This document shows positions 59,961-64,000 of a stretch of 64,000 nt of DNA, piece after piece (the first letter of the stretch is position 1; each line of letters opens with the position of its first letter). Both the position numbers and the translations under genes were made by a program. The stretch covers positions 63,860,001 through 63,924,000 of the forward strand of contig JBNRSN020000024.1 in the NCBI GenBank assembly GCA_051313645.2, read 5' to 3'. The notes under the pieces are model-generated. The model saw only the letters and a program-made list of their open reading frames with translations, was not told the origin of the DNA and did not search any database. This DNA comes from Centroscyllium fabricii. Lineage: Eukaryota.

Positions 59961-60064
59961 AGTTTGTGTACCAACATCAGCATGCTGATGTGTTCAGGAA
60001 AACTGTTCCAAAGTCTCACTGCAAATCTGGCTGCAAGAATATGATTGACAGGCTAAAACACCGT

Positions 60065-60420
60065 TGCAGTACTGAGGGAATGTGGCGCTGTTGAAGTTGC
60101 CATCTTTCAGACAAGACATTAAACCAAGGTCCATTCTGCCCTCCCAGGCGGACATAAAGGATTCATGGCACTATTTCAAAGAAGAGTAGGGGAGTTATCC
60201 CCAGTGTCCTGGCCACAATTTTTCCCTCAACTAACATCACTAAAAAATAGATTGTCTGGTTATTATCACATTGCTGTTTGTGGGGACTTGCTGTGCACAA
60301 ATTGGCTGCTGCGTTTCCTCCATTACAACAGTGACTACACTTCAAAACGTACTTCATGGGTTGTAAAGCGCTTTGGGACATTCTGAGGTTGTGAAAAGTG
60401 CTATATAAATGCAAGTCTTT
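60065..60420 (+). mobile_element. Headless Deu-domain SINE
   Basis: Core and L2-type tail homologous to 33517-34270. Confidence 0.8.
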
Positions 60421-62059
60421 CTTTTCTTTCTTGAGTTGCAGTAGATAGTGATTCTGAACAATTTTTAAATATGCAAAACCTGTAATCGCCAGTGTGTGTA
60501 GTACAGAGGCTGCTTTTTGTCCTGTTTTTATGGTTTCCTCTTTGAGTTTAATACTTCCGAGCCAGCCACCGTCCTTCAGCTGGGCAGGTGAGGTGGATGC
60601 AGCTGCACTTTTTTTTAACCAGTGCCCAGTTGTACTGGTTCGTTCTGATTCCAGCTGATGTCCCATGCTGGTTCTCATGGGTAACTACAGCATAGAGCAC
60701 AGTTTTGACGTTTAGCTGCTAAGATGGCCTCTATTTAAACTGGCCCACCCAGGCTCTCCATATGGGTAAGTGGTCGAAATCGGTACCCTCTGAGGTCACT
60801 TAGAGGATAATTGTTGGGAGCTTTCTGTCGACGGCAGATTCCTGTACATCCTCAGCACAGCTCCTAAACTTTGGTGAGGTGACTTTATCAAGATCAGAAA
60901 GGCCAGCAAGGCTTTCTTTCTCTTTTTTTGAACGCTGAAACATGACAGGTGGGCACTAAGTGCAATATAAAGATACGAGGTTAGTAAGCCGCTAATTTGT
61001 AATAGGGGTCTTACTGACAAAGTGTGACAGGTAAAATGTTGCAGGAATCAAGTGTGACGCTTACCAGAAGTGCAAGCTACATGCAAGACTTTTAACATTA
61101 TTATATGTACACATAGGGCATCTTGTTGCATAGAAGTCTGAGAACGTTGACCCCCTTGTCCATGACAAAGTTGAAATTATTCCTTTTTTAGGGCTTACCA
61201 GTCAGTAATCTAGGCATAAAATGACAAAACATTCAGGTCAGATAGTCCTGGTATTCACAACCACAATAACCATGTTACAATAATGCCTTAATTTACCGTA
61301 GCAACTTCGTCATTCATCAAACTTTAAAAAAATTGGCACTATTCTCAAGCTGATTGCCTAAATGTTTTGAACATATAAACTATTTGGTTAGGCTTTCATT
61401 GATAAAAAGGCAACAAGCCACAGCCATGTTCCAGTTTATAAAATACATTTAAAGTATGTAACAGTACAGTTTATAATCAGAATAGTTTATAATCGTCCTT
61501 TACAAATCAACAAAGCTCAGACCATGCAGAGGTTTATTGCAGAATACGATAAAAGTAACAGTTCGATAAAGACTGTGACCTAAAATATGAAAGCCATATT
61601 TGAGATGCACAGAATGCTTATGGTTATTTTAATGGGGTTGAGCACTGAGACCAAACATTAAATCATACATATTCCAACTTTTTGACTGTCCACTCCCAGG
61701 ATACTAGTTTTGTATCAGTCACCATCTGGCGCTGAATGGCAACTTCTGAGTCTGGAAGTTTCAGATCTGGAAGGCAGCCAAGATTCTCAACAATGGAGGG
61801 GATGCTTTGGCAGCAGATCACAATGGATCATCTGGAACAGACGTGTCTTTGCGATGCGATTTCTCAAAATTATAACAAAAAGTATTTCCTGGTATTTTAG
61901 TACAATTACAATACCTGAATTCACATTTACTCATTCAGGTATGTTGTGGTGTGCAACCAGTTATGAAAGAAAGGACCATAGAAGCATTTGTTCATATATG
62001 AAATCTCAATTGAGAGGGACCTCAAAATCAGAACTAGCATCACAGTGCTGTTATAAACA

Positions 62060-62261
62060 TGATGTGGAGATGTCGGTGTGGGACTGGGGTGGACAAATGT
62101 AAGAAGTCACACAGCACCAGGTTATAGTCCAACAGCTTTATTTGAAATCACAAGCTTTCGGAGCGCTGCTCCTTCACCTGACGAAGGAGCAGCGCTCTGA
62201 AAGCTTGTGATTTCAAATAAAACTGTTGGACTATAACTGGTGTTGTGTGATGTCTTACATA
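62060..62261. mobile_element. Penelope-like inverted pLTR pair
   Basis: A minus arm and a plus arm meet at the hammerhead motif (62174-62210). The TSD is TGTTA(T/G)AAACA (62049-62059 and 62262-62272). Confidence 0.85.
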
Positions 62262-62461
62262 TGTTAGAAACACATCATGATTTAATTAAAAATTACAACA
62301 TAAACACATTTTTGATTTAGGCTAAATATATCAGCTGCATTGCTTTTTGAACCAAATTACATATTGACATAATACAAAACAATATTCTTGCCCCTCATGA
62401 GCTAGTTGGCAAGCACACAATCTATTATGTCACTGAGTCATGCATATCAGGAAGTTGAGGC

Positions 62462-64000
62462 TTTAAGTTTAAGTTTACTTTATTTGTCACATACATCATT
62501 ATACATGTACAAAGTGCAGTGAAATGCTTAGTCGCAAGCTCCATGTCTGTGTTCTCCAGATAACAATGAATACAAATAGTAATTAATAATTACAGGAAGA
62601 AAAAAGCAGTCATTGGTCAGGGAGCAGTATGCCGACCCTTGGCAGCGTGTTCATTTAGGATCCGGATGGCTTGGGGATAAAAGCTCCTCCTAAGCCTCTC
62701 TGTGTTGGTCTTAATTCGGCGGTAGCGTTTTCCTGACCGCAGCAGTGAGAAGAGGCCGTTGTTCGGGTGACTAGGATTCTTAATGACCTTCTTAGCCTTA
62801 GTCATGCACCGCATGGTGTAGATATCCTGCAGGTTAGGGAGTGCACCCCCGGTGGTACGTTCTGCCTCTGCAGGGCTCTACGGTCTTGTTTAATGCTGTT
62901 ACCATACCAGGCGGAGATGCTCCCCGACAGGATACTCTCAATAGTACATTTATAAAAGTTGTTTAGTATTTGGGGAGACATTCTAAATTTCCTCAGGCTT
63001 CTGAGATGGTAAAGACGCTGCCGCGCCTTCTTCACCAAGGTGTCTATGTGAAGGGACCATGTCAGGTCCTCTGTAAGATGGACCCCGAGGTATCTGAAAT
63101 TACTCACCCTCCCTACTGGGGTCCCATCGATCTTGAGAGAGTTATAGTACCTCTTCTGCTTCCTCCCAAAGTCTACTATCAGCTCCTTTGTCTTGCTGAC
63201 GTTCAGGAAGAGGTTGTTGTCCCGGCACCACAGTGACAGGTTCTCCACTTCCTTCAGGTAGACCTTCTCGTCGTTGTTGATGATCAGGCCCACTACAACT
63301 GTATCGTCAGCAAACTTGACGATAGTGTTGGAGTCATGCGTGGCCACGCAGTCATGTGTGTACAGGGAGTACAGGAGGGGACTCAGGACACAGCCTTGGG
63401 AGGACCCCATATTGAGGATGATGGTCGATGAGGTGCAGTTGCCTACCCTCACCACCTGAGGTCTGCCCGTCAGGAAGTCGAGGATCCAGTTACACAGGGA
63501 GCTGTGCAGTCCCAGGTCCCTGAGCTTGGTGCTGAGCTTGGAGGGGACTATAGTATTGAAAGCTGAACTATAGTCAATGAACAGCATCCTCACATAGTTC
63601 CCCTTTCTGTTGTCCAGGTGGGATAGGGCGGTATGCATGACGTGTGTGATGGCATCGCCCGTGGATCTATTGGGGCGGTAGGCAAACTGCAGTGGATCCA
63701 GGGTGCCGGATAGAGAGGAGCAGATATAATCTTTGATTAGCCTCTCAAAGCACTTCATGGCAACAGAGGTGAGTGCTACAGGGCGATGGTCATTCAGGCA
63801 GGCTGGGTGTGCTTTCTTGGGCACAGGGACTATGGTGGACATTTTAAAACATGTAGGTATAATGGACTGGGTCAAGGATAGATTGAATATCATCGTGAAC
63901 ACTGGCACCAGCTGGTCAGTGCAGGACTTGAGGACACGCCCGGGAATGCCGTCCAGTCCTGCTGCCTTCCGGGTGCTCGCCCTTCTAAAGGTTCTCCTCA
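62462..64000 (-). mobile_element. Rex1/Babar LINE, RT and 3' end (runs off the window)
   Basis: Motifs [55 protein letters not shown] and KFADD. The tail is AATAAA(GTAAACT/TAAACT)n. Confidence 0.93.

Noticed and set aside
60163-60678. 171-aa minus-strand ORF
   Set aside because: Half of it is antisense Deu-SINE sequence and the rest has no recognisable motif.
46621-64000. SSH2 or NSRP1 exons expected from mammalian synteny with EFCAB5
   Set aside because: I found no recognisable coding exon of either gene by eye.

Overview
This is vertebrate genomic DNA, most likely from a cartilaginous fish (shark). That call rests on the repeat content: HE1/V-SINE-like and Deu-domain SINEs, abundant CR1 LINEs and shark-type Penelope termini. 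The only host gene I can support is the 5' part of EFCAB5 on the minus strand. It has three coding exons (43981-42834, 26899-26743, 16008-15945), a probable GC-AG intron, and a candidate promoter with an RFX X-box near 46.6 kb. Most of the remainder is nested mobile DNA. This includes a young full-length Gypsy element (3550-8164), four solo or partial LTRs, several near-complete CR1 LINEs, a Rex1/Babar LINE, L2 fragments, Harbinger-type and Tc1/pogo-type MITEs, and six Penelope-like insertions carrying minimal hammerhead-ribozyme motifs. The most notable observations are: (1) LTR elements whose primer-binding site is complementary to their own LTR, suggesting self-priming, with 12 bp in one case and a perfect 47 bp in another; (2) a YLDN reverse-transcriptase active site in an open gag-pol; (3) a Penelope insertion whose target-site duplication copied an EFCAB5 splice donor; (4) MITEs with convergent splice donors; (5) a SINE with a 5S-derived head and a Rex1-like tail; and (6) a V-SINE with a swapped LINE tail. 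All family names come from motif recognition by eye, with no database searches.
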